DNA of 64,000 nt from the NCBI GenBank assembly GCA_963558405.1, contig CAUWGC010000009.1, positions 1 through 64,000 on the forward strand, written 5' to 3'. Positions 31,476 to 42,170 of the stretch are shown one piece after another. The stretch comes from an uncultured Clostridia bacterium (GTDB taxonomy: Bacteria; Bacillota; Clostridia; TANB77; CAG-508). The notes below the pieces were generated by a model. It was not told the DNA's origin, searched no databases, and saw nothing but the letters and a program-made list of their open reading frames with translations. How positions within the stretch are numbered: the first letter of the stretch is position 1; every line of letters starts with the position of its first letter. The position numbers and the translations under genes were made by a program.

Positions 31476-33926
31476 ATGCTTATGATGTATAAATTTACAA
31501 GTAGAGCAGAAAAAGTTCTAGAAATAGCAAATGATATTGCTTTAGAATTAGGTCATACTTATATAGGTAGTGAACATATTCTTTATGGTTTATCAGCAGA
31601 AGGAACTGGAGTAGCAGGAATTGTTTTAGAAAATCAAGGTGTAACTAAAGAAGCAGTTTTAAAAGAAATAGAAGAATTAATAGGTAAAGAAGAAAGAAAA
31701 GAAGATGAAGTAGGAACAATAGGGTTTACACCAAGAACAAAAAGAATTATAGAAAATGCTTTTTTAGAAGCAAGAAAATTGGGAATGGAATACATTGGAA
31801 CAGAACATTTACTAGTAGGGATTATGCGTGAGGGTGATAGTGTAGCTGTACGAATTATGATGGACTTACAGGTAAATCCACAAAAATTATACGGTGAATT
31901 AGTAAAAGTATTAAATGATGAAGAAATACCTAAAAGTAAACAATCTAGTTCAGTAAAAGGAGATGGAAGTTTTAATTCTACACCTACATTAAATCAATTT
32001 GGAAGTGATTTAACTAAACTTGCAAGAGAAGGAAAATTAGATCCTGTTATAGGAAGAAAATCAGAAACTGAAAGAGTAATACAAATACTATCTAGAAGAA
32101 CCAAAAATAATCCTTGTTTAATAGGTGAACCAGGTGTAGGAAAAACAGCTATTGCAGAAGGATTAGCAGAAAAAGTTGTAACAGGAGATGTACCGGAAAT
32201 TTTAAAAAATAAAAGAGTGGTTAGTGTAGACATTTCTGGAATGGTAGCAGGGGCAAAATATAGAGGAGATTTTGAAGAAAGAATAAAAAAGGCATTAGCA
32301 GAAGTAAAAAAAGCAGGAGATGTTATTTTATTTATAGATGAAATTCATACTATTGTTGGAGCAGGTTCTGCTGAAGGTGCTATAGATGCTGCTAATATAT
32401 TAAAACCATTACTTGCAAGAGGAGAAATACAAGTAGTAGGAGCTACTACTTTGAATGAATATCGTAAGTATATCGAAAAGGATAGTGCTTTAGAAAGAAG
32501 ATTTTGTCCTGTAACAGTATTAGAACCATCTCATGAAGATACTATAGCTATTTTAGAAGGATTAAGAGATAAATATGAGGCACATCATAATGTTAAAATA
32601 AGTGATGAAGCAATTAAATCAGCAGTTGAATTATCTACAAGATATATAAATGATAGATTTTTACCAGATAAAGCTATTGATTTAATAGATGAAGCGGCTT
32701 CACGTATTAGAATGAAAAATTTTAGTGAACCAGATAGTATAAAAAAATTAGAAGAAGAAATTGATAAAACAGTAAAAGAAAAAGAAGAAGGTGTTCGCAC
32801 ACAAGATTTTGAAAAAGCGGCAAAATTAAGAGATAAAGAACACGAGTTACGTAATAAATATGAAAAAGAAAAGCAAAAATGGGAAAATAAATCAAAAAAG
32901 AGTATAACTACGTTAACAGAAGAAGATATTGCAGAGGTAATTTCTTCACAAACAGGAATACCAGTAAAAAAATTAACGCAAGATGAAAATGAAAAGTTAA
33001 AAAATTTAGAAACTATTTTACACAAGAGAGTAGTTGGTCAAAAAGAAGCTGTAGAAGCAGTAGCAAAAGCTATTAGAAGAGGAAGAGTAGGATTAAAAGA
33101 TCCTAATAGACCAATTGGATCATTTTTATTTTTGGGTCCTACAGGAGTTGGAAAAACAGAATTATCTAAAGCTTTAGCAGAGGTTTTATTTGGTGATGAA
33201 AATTCAATGGTACGTGTAGATATGTCAGAGTATATGGAGTCACATTCTATTTCAAAATTAATAGGCTCACCTCCAGGATATGTAGGATTTGACGAAGGTG
33301 GACAGTTGACAGAAAAAATTAGAAGAAAACCTTATTCTGTAATTCTTTTTGACGAAATAGAAAAAGCACATCCAGATGTAATGAATATGTTATTACAAAT
33401 TTTAGATGATGGTAGATTAACTGACAGTCAAGGAAGAACAGTTAATTTTAAAAATACAGTAGTAATTATGACTTCTAATATAGGAGCTAGAATGATTACT
33501 GATAGAAAAACATTAGGATTTAGCAATAAAGAAGAAAAAGATAATAATAATGAATACGAAGAAATAAAAAAAGATGTTATGTCAGAACTAAAAAAAGAAT
33601 TTAGACCAGAGTTTATTAATCGTATTGACGAAATTATTGTATTTCATAAATTAAATAAAGAAGAAATTAGGCAAATTATTGATATTATGTTAAAAGAAGT
33701 AGAAAACAGACTAAAAGTACAGAATATAAAAATAAAAATAGATTCTTCTGTAAAAGAATTAATTGAGAAAAAAGGCGTAGATGAAGCATTTGGAGCAAGA
33801 CCACTAAAAAGAGCAATACAAAATATTGTAGAAGATAGTATCGCAGAAGGAATTTTAGAAGGCAAAATAAAATCTGGTAAAGAAAATACTTTAATTGCAG
33901 AAAATGAAAAAGTAGTAATTGAATAA
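31476..33926 (+). CDS. clpC: ATP-dependent Clp protease ATPase ClpC
   Basis: Clp-N repeats; two Walker A motifs ([16 protein letters not shown]); UVR linker. Confidence 0.98.
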   Translation: MLMMYKFTSRAEKVLEIANDIALELGHTYIGSEHILYGLSAEGTGVAGIVLENQGVTKEAVLKEIEELIGKEERKEDEVGTIGFTPRTKRIIENAFLEARKLGMEYIGTEHLLVGIMREGDSVAVRIMMDLQVNPQKLYGELVKVLNDEEIPKSKQSSSVKGDGSFNSTPTLNQFGSDLTKLAREGKLDPVIGRKSETERVIQILSRRTKNNPCLIGEPGVGKTAIAEGLAEKVVTGDVPEILKNKRVVSVDISGMVAGAKYRGDFEERIKKALAEVKKAGDVILFIDEIHTIVGAGSAEGAIDAANILKPLLARGEIQVVGATTLNEYRKYIEKDSALERRFCPVTVLEPSHEDTIAILEGLRDKYEAHHNVKISDEAIKSAVELSTRYINDRFLPDKAIDLIDEAASRIRMKNFSEPDSIKKLEEEIDKTVKEKEEGVRTQDFEKAAKLRDKEHELRNKYEKEKQKWENKSKKSITTLTEEDIAEVISSQTGIPVKKLTQDENEKLKNLETILHKRVVGQKEAVEAVAKAIRRGRVGLKDPNRPIGSFLFLGPTGVGKTELSKALAEVLFGDENSMVRVDMSEYMESHSISKLIGSPPGYVGFDEGGQLTEKIRRKPYSVILFDEIEKAHPDVMNMLLQILDDGRLTDSQGRTVNFKNTVVIMTSNIGARMITDRKTLGFSNKEEKDNNNEYEEIKKDVMSELKKEFRPEFINRIDEIIVFHKLNKEEIRQIIDIMLKEVENRLKVQNIKIKIDSSVKELIEKKGVDEAFGARPLKRAIQNIVEDSIAEGILEGKIKSGKENTLIAENEKVVIE

Positions 33927-33930
33927 AAGA

Positions 33931-33965
33931 AAGAGCAATCTGATATAATCTAGATTGCTCTTTTT
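33931..33965. terminator. bidirectional terminator between clpC and the CDF gene
   Basis: AAGAGCAATCT...AGATTGCTCTTTTT. Confidence 0.75.
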
Positions 33966-34003
33966 AATGTATAAAAAAATATAAAATTTTAAGTCTATTA
34001 TAA

Positions 34004-34861
34004 TTAAACTGGATTTACATGAATAATTGCATTATGTACTTTATCTAAAGTACATATTTCTTTTTCTAAAGAATCAGCTAGATGGTGGCTTTCAAATGTA
34101 GAAATATTACCATCAACATAAATTGTAAGTACAATAACATATTGATATCCTATAGGAATAGATGAAATTTTATCAACGCCTCTAATTTCAGAATGTTTAT
34201 TGATAAAACTTAAAATTGAATCAACATAAGTTTTATCTATAGATATATCCATAAGCACATTATAACTCTCTATAAATATAGTTATACCTGTAAAACAAAT
34301 CCATAATGAAATTCCCATACCGACAATTCCATCAAACCAATAAATACCTTTTAAAGAAAGTAATATAGAGATTAATGTAAAAAAAGTTACAATACAATCA
34401 TTTCTATGATCTTTTTTATTTGATTCTAATAAAATATTAGAATATTTTTTACAAAGGTGACTGGTATAGAAATATAATGCAAGTTTAACTAAAATAGTAA
34501 TTATACATATTAAAATTAACCACCAAGAAAAATTAATTGTTTGCATAGTAATAAGTGAAATTATGGAGTCGTAAAATAGTTTTAAAGCAACAACTATCAT
34601 GGATAAGCTAATAAAAAAAGAAAAAATATATTCAGCTTTTCCATGACCAAAATTATGATTAGAATCTTGTGGTGCACTAGCAATTTTACTTCCAATAGCA
34701 GTCATTAATGAAGCAAAAATATCACCAGCACTATTAGCTGCATCTGCAATCATAGCTTGACTTCTACTTGCAAATCCAACAATTGCTTTAATAAAAAGTA
34801 AAAATACATTTCCTAAAATACCTATAATTCCAGCTTTTTTTGATGCTTGATAACGTTCCAA
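34004..34861 (-). CDS. cation diffusion facilitator (FieF-like) transporter
   Basis: SQAMIADA, HNFGHGKAE, DHRND, IIHVNP. Confidence 0.92.
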   Translation of the reverse strand: MERYQASKKAGIIGILGNVFLLFIKAIVGFASRSQAMIADAANSAGDIFASLMTAIGSKIASAPQDSNHNFGHGKAEYIFSFFISLSMIVVALKLFYDSIISLITMQTINFSWWLILICIITILVKLALYFYTSHLCKKYSNILLESNKKDHRNDCIVTFFTLISILLSLKGIYWFDGIVGMGISLWICFTGITIFIESYNVLMDISIDKTYVDSILSFINKHSEIRGVDKISSIPIGYQYVIVLTIYVDGNISTFESHHLADSLEKEICTLDKVHNAIIHVNPV

Positions 34862-35064
34862 ATTCTTAACATCTCCTATTTTTTATTTAGTATAACATAT
34901 AATAATATAAAATGGGAGAGTAAAATATAAAAATATATTACTTTATTTTTGTAATTAATAATAATATCTAATATAAATGTTAAATTCATAAGTGAAAAAC
35001 TAGGAAACATAAAAAGTTGCCAGAAATAGAAATGTATGGTATAATAAGAATATCCTAAAAAGAG

Positions 35065-35406
35065 GTGATACAAATGACAATTATAACTTTAATATATTTT
35101 CTAATATTTATTATATTTACATTAATTGCATTAGCTATTTTTCAGATTAGAATGGCAGGAATAAAAGTAAAAGATTTTTGGACATTTATTCAAGCAAATG
35201 AGATGCTAGATAAATTATATAATTTTTCAAAAACAGCAGATAAAATGTCTAAACAAGAACAAGTAATATTTTTAATGGAAGCAGATAAAATGTTTAATGC
35301 TTTTGAAAAAGTGCCAGAAATTCTTTGGGAAGAGGAATATGAAAAATACACAAAAGTATTATCTACATACAAAGATATAAAAATATTAAGATGGGTATCA
35401 AATTAA
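35065..35406 (+). CDS. hypothetical membrane-anchored protein
   Basis: GAGGTG RBS; N-terminal TM helix. Confidence 0.65.
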   Translation: MIQMTIITLIYFLIFIIFTLIALAIFQIRMAGIKVKDFWTFIQANEMLDKLYNFSKTADKMSKQEQVIFLMEADKMFNAFEKVPEILWEEEYEKYTKVLSTYKDIKILRWVSN

Positions 35407-35522
35407 ACATAAAAATTCATATAAATAAAAATAAGTACTTTTTGAAGTACTTATTTTTTGTTCTCTTTAGTGGATAGAGTAAAATATATTAATAAACTAT
35501 AAAAATAATTTATTAATATATT

Positions 35523-35750
35523 TTATTTGTTATCCTCTTTACTAGGGATATATTCTAATAATTCAGAAATTTCACAATTGAATACTCTACATAAACTATC
35601 TAATTGTTTAATATCAATTCGTTTAGTTTCTTCATAATACATTTTTGAAATTGTAGCTGGTCTAATATTAGTTAAGTAAGATAAAGTTTTTTGATTCATT
35701 TTGTGTTTTCCTAATAACTCTGATAATTTAATTCTAATCATACATATCAC
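35523..35750 (-). CDS. Cro/C1-type (Xre) HTH regulator
   Basis: IRIKLSELLG...IRPATISKMY...LC..FNCEISELLEY. Confidence 0.88.
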   Translation of the reverse strand: MICMIRIKLSELLGKHKMNQKTLSYLTNIRPATISKMYYEETKRIDIKQLDSLCRVFNCEISELLEYIPSKEDNK

Positions 35751-35909
35751 CTTATTATTGCTGATAAAAATAATAAAAAACGAAAAAAGTATTTTTTTGT
35801 TTTTTATACTTGTATTTTATCATTTAATGTAATATTATAACATACACATCATAAAATATAACGATAAGAGTAATAAAAAATTTACTAGCAGTAAAAGAAA
35901 GGGCATTTT

Positions 35910-36128
35910 ATGAAAAATAAAGCAAAATGGAAAGAAGAAAATAAAAAATATTTAATAGAAATACAAAAATTTTTAGATAAAGCAGATAATATAAAAGATG
36001 AAAAATTAAAAGAAAGCATTATATATCAAATGTTAAGATGTGATAAAATTTTAACAGAAATTTCAGAAGAAATGTTTAAGATTTATTATGAAGAGGGAAA
36101 AAAAGAAACTTTAAATAATAATGTATAA
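35910..36128 (+). CDS. small hypothetical protein divergent from the HTH regulator
   Basis: GAAAGGG RBS; 72 aa. Confidence 0.6.
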   Translation: MKNKAKWKEENKKYLIEIQKFLDKADNIKDEKLKESIIYQMLRCDKILTEISEEMFKIYYEEGKKETLNNNV

Positions 36129-36141
36129 ATGTTAATTAATA

Positions 36142-36507
36142 ATGCAAAATAATAGTATGAAAATAAAAAAAATACTAATAGGTTTAATAGCAGGTATTAT
36201 TAGCGGATTATTTGCTTCTGGAGGAGGAATGATTTTAGTACCAGCTTTTGTATATATTTTAAAATTAAACGAAAAACAGGCAAGAGCAACATCAATATTT
36301 TGTATTTTACCAATGGTGATAGTAAGTTCATTTTTTTATATAAAAAATGATTATATAAATTGGAAAATAGGAATTTTATCAGCTATAGGAGGAGTAATAG
36401 GAGGAATAATAGGAAGTAAACTACTAAAAAGGGTTTCAAATAAATTTTTAAAAATATGTTTCACTATCTTTTTAATATATGTATCTATTAGAATGTTATT
36501 TTTTTAG
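36142..36507 (+). CDS. TauE/SafE sulfite-exporter family protein (half-size)
   Basis: GIISGLFASGGGMILVP, ARATS. Confidence 0.85.
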   Translation: MQNNSMKIKKILIGLIAGIISGLFASGGGMILVPAFVYILKLNEKQARATSIFCILPMVIVSSFFYIKNDYINWKIGILSAIGGVIGGIIGSKLLKRVSNKFLKICFTIFLIYVSIRMLFF

Positions 36508-36518
36508 AAAGGATTTAG

Positions 36519-36890
36519 ATGATAGAAATTTTAATAGGAACTATTTCAGGATTAATAAGTGCAATGGGAATGGGAGGAGGAACAGTTTTAATTTTATGTC
36601 TTACCCTTTTTTTGGGATATGAGCAACATGTTGCACAAGCCTCTAATTTAATTTTCTTTATTCCAACATCTTTAGTAGCCATATATATATATTTAAAAAA
36701 TAAAATGATAGATTATAAATTAGCGATAACAGTAGCAGTTTCAGGAGTGATAGGAGCAATAATAGGTGCTTTTATATCAATTCAAATGAATTCAATAGTA
36801 CTTAGAAGATATTTTGGAGCTTTTTTAGGATTAATTGCAATTAATGAAATATATTCTTATATAAAAAAGTATATAAAACAAAAAAAATAG
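36519..36890 (+). CDS. TauE/SafE sulfite-exporter family protein (half-size)
   Basis: SAMGMGGGTVL, QHVAQASNL. Confidence 0.85.
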   Translation: MIEILIGTISGLISAMGMGGGTVLILCLTLFLGYEQHVAQASNLIFFIPTSLVAIYIYLKNKMIDYKLAITVAVSGVIGAIIGAFISIQMNSIVLRRYFGAFLGLIAINEIYSYIKKYIKQKK

Positions 36891-36933
36891 ACATAATAGA
36901 GATATAATAAAAATAGGACAAGGAGGAAATAAA

Positions 36934-37074
36934 ATGAAATTTGTAAAAGGAATGTTAATAGGAACTTTACTTTCAGCTGGTGTTGTAATGATGTATAGTG
37001 AAACTATGAATGGAAGCAAAAAGAAAATAATGAAAAAAGGAAAAAAGATGATTCATAAAATGGGAATAATCTAA
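36934..37074 (+). CDS. small protein (46 aa), YtxH-like N-terminus, absent from ORF track
   Basis: AAGGAGG RBS; MKFVKGMLIGTLLSAGVVMMYSETMNGSKKKIMKKGKKMIHKMGII; followed by a terminator. Confidence 0.75.
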   Translation: MKFVKGMLIGTLLSAGVVMMYSETMNGSKKKIMKKGKKMIHKMGII

Positions 37075-37137
37075 AAAATAAAAGAGCAGGAATAATCCAG
37101 CTCTTTTATTTTTTAGATTATTTTACAATGTTAAGTT

Positions 37138-37560
37138 TTATTTGCCACAAGGTAATTCTGGCTTATGACATTCATCTATACAATCACAATCCATTTTAAC
37201 ACCTTTTAGACAGTCACCATCACAATCACATTTAGCGCAAATTTTAACATGTTTAACTTTATTTACCCAGATTTCAAGTTCATAATTTCTATTTGAACAT
37301 AGTGGTCCAAATACAAATTCTCCATCTTTATCTGTAAATGTGTGAGATACTGGTCTGTGTTCTTCTTTTCCACATTCATAAACAACTTCAATTAATTTTA
37401 CAACTGCATCACATATTGGTTCTTTATAGCAATTACGAACAACACCATAAATTACATCTCTTCCATCTTCTGGAATTGTAATATCCAAATCAAATTGTTT
37501 ACCACAAGCTGCTTTTCCATCAATATCTAGTATAGGACATACTGATTTTTCGTATTCCAT
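37138..37560 (-). CDS. Cys-rich protein with a prealbumin/carboxypeptidase-regulatory-like fold, possible spore coat/exosporium protein
   Basis: VIYGVV...PICDAVVKL...HTFTDKDGEFVFGPL; many Cys; spore role is inferred. Confidence 0.7.
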   Translation of the reverse strand: MEYEKSVCPILDIDGKAACGKQFDLDITIPEDGRDVIYGVVRNCYKEPICDAVVKLIEVVYECGKEEHRPVSHTFTDKDGEFVFGPLCSNRNYELEIWVNKVKHVKICAKCDCDGDCLKGVKMDCDCIDECHKPELPCGK

Positions 37561-37709
37561 ATTATTACATCCTTTCAAAAATAATTTGCTTTCTAAAGCT
37601 TAGTATATAATATTCAAATAAGAACAAAAGGTGACAAAGAAAAATTACAGAAATATAGTTTTATTTTATAAAATATAGTATAATAAAAAAATAGAAAGGA
37701 GAAGAAAAA

Positions 37710-38501
37710 GTGGATATAAGACCAATAGGAATGTTAGATTCAGGAATAGGTGGAATAACTGTTCTAAAGGAAATAAAAAAGGTTTTGCCAAAAGAAGATA
37801 TTTTATATTATGGTGATACATTAAATTTTCCATATGGAAATAAATCAAAAGATACAATTATAAAACTAACTAAATTAGGAATTGATTTTTTAATAAAAAA
37901 AGGAGTAAAAGCAATAGTAATTGCTTGTGGTACAGCTACAAGTCAGGCTCTAGAAGAAATAAAGGGAAATTATAAGATTCCAATTATAGGAATAATAAAA
38001 CCAACAATAGAATTAATTTCAGAAAAAAAATTTAAAAAGATAGGTGTTATTGCTACAGAAGGAACAATTAGAAGTAATTCATGGGAAAATAATATAAAAA
38101 ATATAGATAATAATATTTTAGTATATAATAAAGCTTGTCCAATGCTTGCACCAATGGCAGAAGAAGGATGGACCAATAACCAAATCGCAAAGCTTGCTGT
38201 TTCAGAATATTTAAAAGAATTAAAAGAAAAAAATATTGACAGTATAATATTAGGATGCACTCATTATCCTTTGTTTAAAGAGTGTATTCAAAAAGAATTG
38301 GGAAATTCAGTTTATTTAATAAATACAGGGGAAATGACTAGTAATAAATTAAAGGAAATATTACAAAAAGAAAATATGCTAAAAGAAAAAGGAAAAAGTA
38401 AAGTAACTGTATATTTAACGAATATGGAATGTAATTTTAAAAAAATGACAAATAAGTATTTAAATGAAGCAAACTTAAATTTAGAAATAAAAAAAGTATA
38501 A
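37710..38501 (+). CDS. murI: glutamate racemase
   Basis: DSGIGG, PYG, IACGTA, LGCTHYP. Confidence 0.95.
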   Translation: MDIRPIGMLDSGIGGITVLKEIKKVLPKEDILYYGDTLNFPYGNKSKDTIIKLTKLGIDFLIKKGVKAIVIACGTATSQALEEIKGNYKIPIIGIIKPTIELISEKKFKKIGVIATEGTIRSNSWENNIKNIDNNILVYNKACPMLAPMAEEGWTNNQIAKLAVSEYLKELKEKNIDSIILGCTHYPLFKECIQKELGNSVYLINTGEMTSNKLKEILQKENMLKEKGKSKVTVYLTNMECNFKKMTNKYLNEANLNLEIKKV

Positions 38502-38651
38502 TAAAGAAGTAGGATAAAAAAATCTTACTTCTTTAATTAATTTATATAAAATTATAATATTTAATCAAAAAATATATAAATAGTAATAAATAAAAAGTTT
38601 GTACATATATATTAAAAAACAAAATAAATAATAAATTACAGGAGGAATGAT

Positions 38652-39431
38652 ATGTTTTTTGTAATGAATAAAAAGAAAATTTATTCTTATATGGTAGCAT
38701 TAAGCACAGTTGCAATATTATTAACTTTTGGAGTTGCACTTACAGGAAGAATGGAAAATACAACTATACAAACATCAAGTTATACAAACCGTTTACTTCC
38801 AATATATCAAGTAGATACAAATGAAAAAAAAGTATCTTTAACAATAAATTGTGCATGGAATGCAGATGATATAGATCTTATTTTAAACACATTACAAAAA
38901 GAAAATGTTAAAGTCACCTTTTTTATGGTAGGAGATTGGGTAAAAAAATATCCAGAAGCTGTAAAGAAAATATATGAAGCAGGACACGAAATAGGAAATC
39001 ATTCTGATACACATCCTCATGTAAATAAGATGTCATATGAAAAAAATAGAAAAGAAATAATAGAGTGTTCAAATAAAATAAAAGAAATAACTGGAAAATC
39101 TACATCATTATATCGTGGACCATATGGAGAGTATAATGATACTGTTATAAAAGCAGCAAGAGCTGAAAAACAAGAAGTAATACAGTGGAATATAGATACA
39201 TTAGACTATAAAGGATTAACTGGAAAAGAAATGGTAGAAAGAATTAGTGAGAAGTTGACTAAAGGTAGTATTATACTAATGCATAATGGTACAAAATATA
39301 CAGCAGAAAGTCTAGAAATGATAATAGAAAATGTAAAATCAAAAGGATATAATATTGTTCCTGTATCGGAATTGATTTATTCTGAAAATTATGAAATAGA
39401 TGTTAATGGAGTGCAAAAATTAAAGAAGTAA
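38652..39431 (+). CDS. polysaccharide deacetylase (PdaB-like)
   Basis: TFFMVGDW, HEIGNHSDTHPH, R.PYG, IILMH. Confidence 0.88.
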   Translation: MFFVMNKKKIYSYMVALSTVAILLTFGVALTGRMENTTIQTSSYTNRLLPIYQVDTNEKKVSLTINCAWNADDIDLILNTLQKENVKVTFFMVGDWVKKYPEAVKKIYEAGHEIGNHSDTHPHVNKMSYEKNRKEIIECSNKIKEITGKSTSLYRGPYGEYNDTVIKAARAEKQEVIQWNIDTLDYKGLTGKEMVERISEKLTKGSIILMHNGTKYTAESLEMIIENVKSKGYNIVPVSELIYSENYEIDVNGVQKLKK

Positions 39432-39548
39432 AAAATATAAAGATAAATCAGAATATTCAATATAAAATTGGAAATACTAGTTAATGTTTATAGTAAAACA
39501 AGTATAAACGTTTTATTATATAAAATTCTTGGAACAAGGAGAAATAAA

Positions 39549-40055
39549 ATGTCTTTTATTGGAATAATAACAGGACAAAAAAATAGTGTTTACGCCAAAA
39601 ATATGATAGAAAAAAATTTGAAAAATAAGAATGTAACTGTAATAGTTATAAATGACAAAAATATAGAGAATGTTCGTAACATAAAATTTGAAACAATTAT
39701 AATGACAGAAGAAATAAAAAAAGAAGAATATTTAAAAAAAATATTAAGAAATACTAAATATCTGATTATAAATGCAGATATGAGGTATAATGTAAGTATA
39801 TTAAAAGACATAGAAATAGTTGCAATCAGCTATGGATTTAATCATAAATCTACAGTTACCATTTCTAGTATAGAAGAAGACAATATACTTGTTTGCATTC
39901 AAAGAAATATGTTAGATATAAATGGACATTTGATAGAGTTTCAAGAACTTAGTATAAAAACAGAAAGTAAAGATAAAAATTTTAAAATAGATATAACAAT
40001 GGGATTAATTATAGCGATATTGATTTATGGACAAAGAAATATTATTATTTTTTAG
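39549..40055 (+). CDS. hypothetical protein (possible degenerate Mur-ligase central-domain fold)
   Basis: AAGGAG RBS; IGIITG, IINAD, ISYGF segments. Confidence 0.6.
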   Translation: MSFIGIITGQKNSVYAKNMIEKNLKNKNVTVIVINDKNIENVRNIKFETIIMTEEIKKEEYLKKILRNTKYLIINADMRYNVSILKDIEIVAISYGFNHKSTVTISSIEEDNILVCIQRNMLDINGHLIEFQELSIKTESKDKNFKIDITMGLIIAILIYGQRNIIIF

Positions 40056-40207
40056 ATAATAAAAAATTGTGAAAATAGATAAAATTAACTGCTAAAACAT
40101 GAAAAATTAATAAAAAATTCAAAAAAATAACATTTTATGTAGACAAAACCAAAAAAAGGTAGTATAATATGAAATGTAAACTAAAATTAGTCTAAAAAGG
40201 AAACTAT

Positions 40208-40951
40208 ATGAATAAATTACAAAATAGAGAAACAAATTTAAGGGAGGAAATAAAATTGAGTACAAATTATGGAGATAACAACCATTTAAGATTAGTGGGA
40301 AAAGTTACAAGTGAGAAAGTATTTAGTCATGAAATTTATGGAGAAAAGTTCTATGTATTTAACTTAGAAGTTGCAAGATTAAGCGGAATGGCAGACATGA
40401 TACCTGTTACTGTATCAGAAAGATTAATAACAAAACAAGATTTAAATATAGGAACTAAAGTAATTATAGAAGGTCAATTTAGATCTTATAATAGTTACGA
40501 AACAGAAAGAAACAGATTAGTACTTACAGTATTTGCAAAAGACATAGAATTCTTACCAGAAGACGAAGATATAACACCAAGCAAAGATAATGTTTCAAAT
40601 GAAGTAACATTATGTGGATATATTTGCAAAAAACCAATTTATCGTAAAACACCTTTTGGAAGAGAAATAGCAGATGTATTACTTGCTGTTAATAGAGCAT
40701 ATAACAAAAGTGATTATATCCCATGTATTTGTTGGGGACGTAATGCAAGATATTGCCAAGACATGGAAGTAGGTACAGAAATAAAAATAGTAGGTAGAGT
40801 TCAATCAAGATTATATGAAAAGAAACATGAAGATGGAACAGTTGAAACAAGAGTTGCATATGAAGTATCTGTTAGCAGTCTAGAAATTATAGAAGAAGCA
40901 AAAAAACCAGAAAATCAAGAAAATATAGAAGAAAACGAAGAAGTTATTTAA
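40208..40951 (+). CDS. ssb: single-stranded DNA-binding protein (clostridial double-OB type)
   Basis: FSHEIYGEKFY, EGQFRSYN, RKTPFGREIAD, SDYIPCICWGRNA. Confidence 0.9.
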   Translation: MNKLQNRETNLREEIKLSTNYGDNNHLRLVGKVTSEKVFSHEIYGEKFYVFNLEVARLSGMADMIPVTVSERLITKQDLNIGTKVIIEGQFRSYNSYETERNRLVLTVFAKDIEFLPEDEDITPSKDNVSNEVTLCGYICKKPIYRKTPFGREIADVLLAVNRAYNKSDYIPCICWGRNARYCQDMEVGTEIKIVGRVQSRLYEKKHEDGTVETRVAYEVSVSSLEIIEEAKKPENQENIEENEEVI

Positions 40952-41031
40952 TATAAAGCAACATATAACAAAAAATAGCTATGTTAAATTTGTAATGTAG
41001 CTATTTTTTATTAATAATTTATAAAAAAGTA

Positions 41032-41060
41032 TTGATATTTTAATATAATTAGTATATAAT
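41032..41060 (+). promoter_or_regulatory. sigmaA promoter of the 5S-tRNA unit
   Basis: TTGATA-17 nt-TATAAT. Confidence 0.75.
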
Positions 41061-41066
41061 ACATTT

Positions 41067-41184
41067 CGTTGGTGATAATAACATAGAGGAAATACCTGTT
41101 TCCATTTCGAACACAGAAGTCAAGCTTTAATGTGCCAAAAATACTTGTGGGTTACCCTACTGGGAAAATAGGTTGTTGCCAACA
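41067..41184 (+). rRNA. rrf: 5S rRNA (orphan, AT-rich)
   Basis: Terminal helix GTTGGTGATAA / TTGTTGCCAAC; conserved ACCTGTTTCCATTTCGAACACAGAAGTCAAGC; TGGGAAAATAGGT; about 117 nt. Confidence 0.88.
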
Positions 41185-41190
41185 ATATAT

Positions 41191-41266
41191 TCCTCTTTAG
41201 CTCAGTTGGTAGAGCGCTCGGCTGTTAACCGATAGGTCGTTGGTTCGAGTCCAACAAGAGGAGCCA
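41191..41266 (+). tRNA. tRNA-Asn(GTT)
   Basis: TCCTCTT/AAGAGGA acceptor stem, anticodon loop CTGTTAA, GGTTCGAGTCC T arm, encoded CCA. Confidence 0.96.
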
Positions 41267-41269
41267 AAC

Positions 41270-41301
41270 AAAAACACGCTAAAAATTCTAGCGTGTTTTT
41301 T
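41270..41301. terminator. terminator after tRNA-Asn
   Basis: AAAAACACGCT...AGCGTGTTTTT. Confidence 0.8.
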
Positions 41302-41341
41302 GCTGTGGTATAGGAAAATTGAAGCAAAATGCCTTTTATAT

Positions 41342-42013
41342 TTAGCGAAGTTCTTTAAAGAATCTTTCTAAATATGGATCATTGGAAAGAGAAAAAGGTT
41401 GAGGAATAATCAAAGGCAATACATTTTCTTTACCAGCTAAAAATGCAATTACCGGCATTGTATCTTTTTCATAAGAAATAAGTCGTTTTTCAACAATTTC
41501 TCTTTTATCATCAGGTCTTTTAATTACGCAAGTTCCACAATAATCACAAATGTTATCCCTTTTAGGGGGATTAATTGATTTGCTATCAGTATATGTAGTA
41601 CCACAAACAGGACAGTAGAGTCGATGTTTAGAACGAATCAATACTTCTTTGTCAGTAATATCAAATACCAATAAATTAATTGTTGAATCTGGTAAATGCT
41701 TCAACAATTCTTTTGCTTGATAAACTGTACGTGGAAAACCATCAAGAATAATATCCTTACCTTGTTTTTTTACCTTCTTGATAGCATCTATAACAATAGT
41801 ACTAATAATTTCGTCCGGAACAAGTTTCCCTTCATCAAGGTATGACTTAACTTTATCCCCTAATGGATTTTTTTTTAAAACAGCATTACGTAATATTTGT
41901 CCTGGAGAAATAATAAAAAAATTATCCAACAAAGAAGTTCGCTTTTTTAATTCTTCAGTCCGGGTCCTCTTACCAGCTTCAGGTTTACCAATGTAAACAA
42001 CAATTTTGTTCAT
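41342..42013 (-). CDS. adenylate kinase-like protein with zinc LID and degenerate P-loop
   Basis: GKPEAGKRTR, GKLVPDE, ILDGFPRT..QA, CPVC/CDYC lid, RPDD; AAGGAGG RBS before ATG 42013. Confidence 0.85.
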   Translation of the reverse strand: MNKIVVYIGKPEAGKRTRTEELKKRTSLLDNFFIISPGQILRNAVLKKNPLGDKVKSYLDEGKLVPDEIISTIVIDAIKKVKKQGKDIILDGFPRTVYQAKELLKHLPDSTINLLVFDITDKEVLIRSKHRLYCPVCGTTYTDSKSINPPKRDNICDYCGTCVIKRPDDKREIVEKRLISYEKDTMPVIAFLAGKENVLPLIIPQPFSLSNDPYLERFFKELR

Positions 42014-42170
42014 TTTGGTATGCCTCCTTAAAAATTTAATAATGCTAAAAAGCGAAGAATAGTATAACATAAATAACAAAAGTGTGCAAACAAAATATGA
42101 AATTTCTTGCATTTTACCTCTATTTGTAATATAATCTTTAAAGAAAAATTTACAAAAAAGAGGAGAAAAA

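Noticed and set aside
36142-36890. TauE gene split by mutation
   Set aside because: Both halves have proper starts and stops and the second has its own RBS; half-size TauE pairs are a normal arrangement.
41960-41968. CGG-to-Gln or AGG-to-Gly codon reassignment suggested by the adk-like P-loop
   Set aside because: Single site in a degenerate motif. AGG encodes conserved Arg in pheS (FRPHH), and the CGG at 26237 aligns with Lys in the internal repeat. Needs a genome-wide Codetta-type test.
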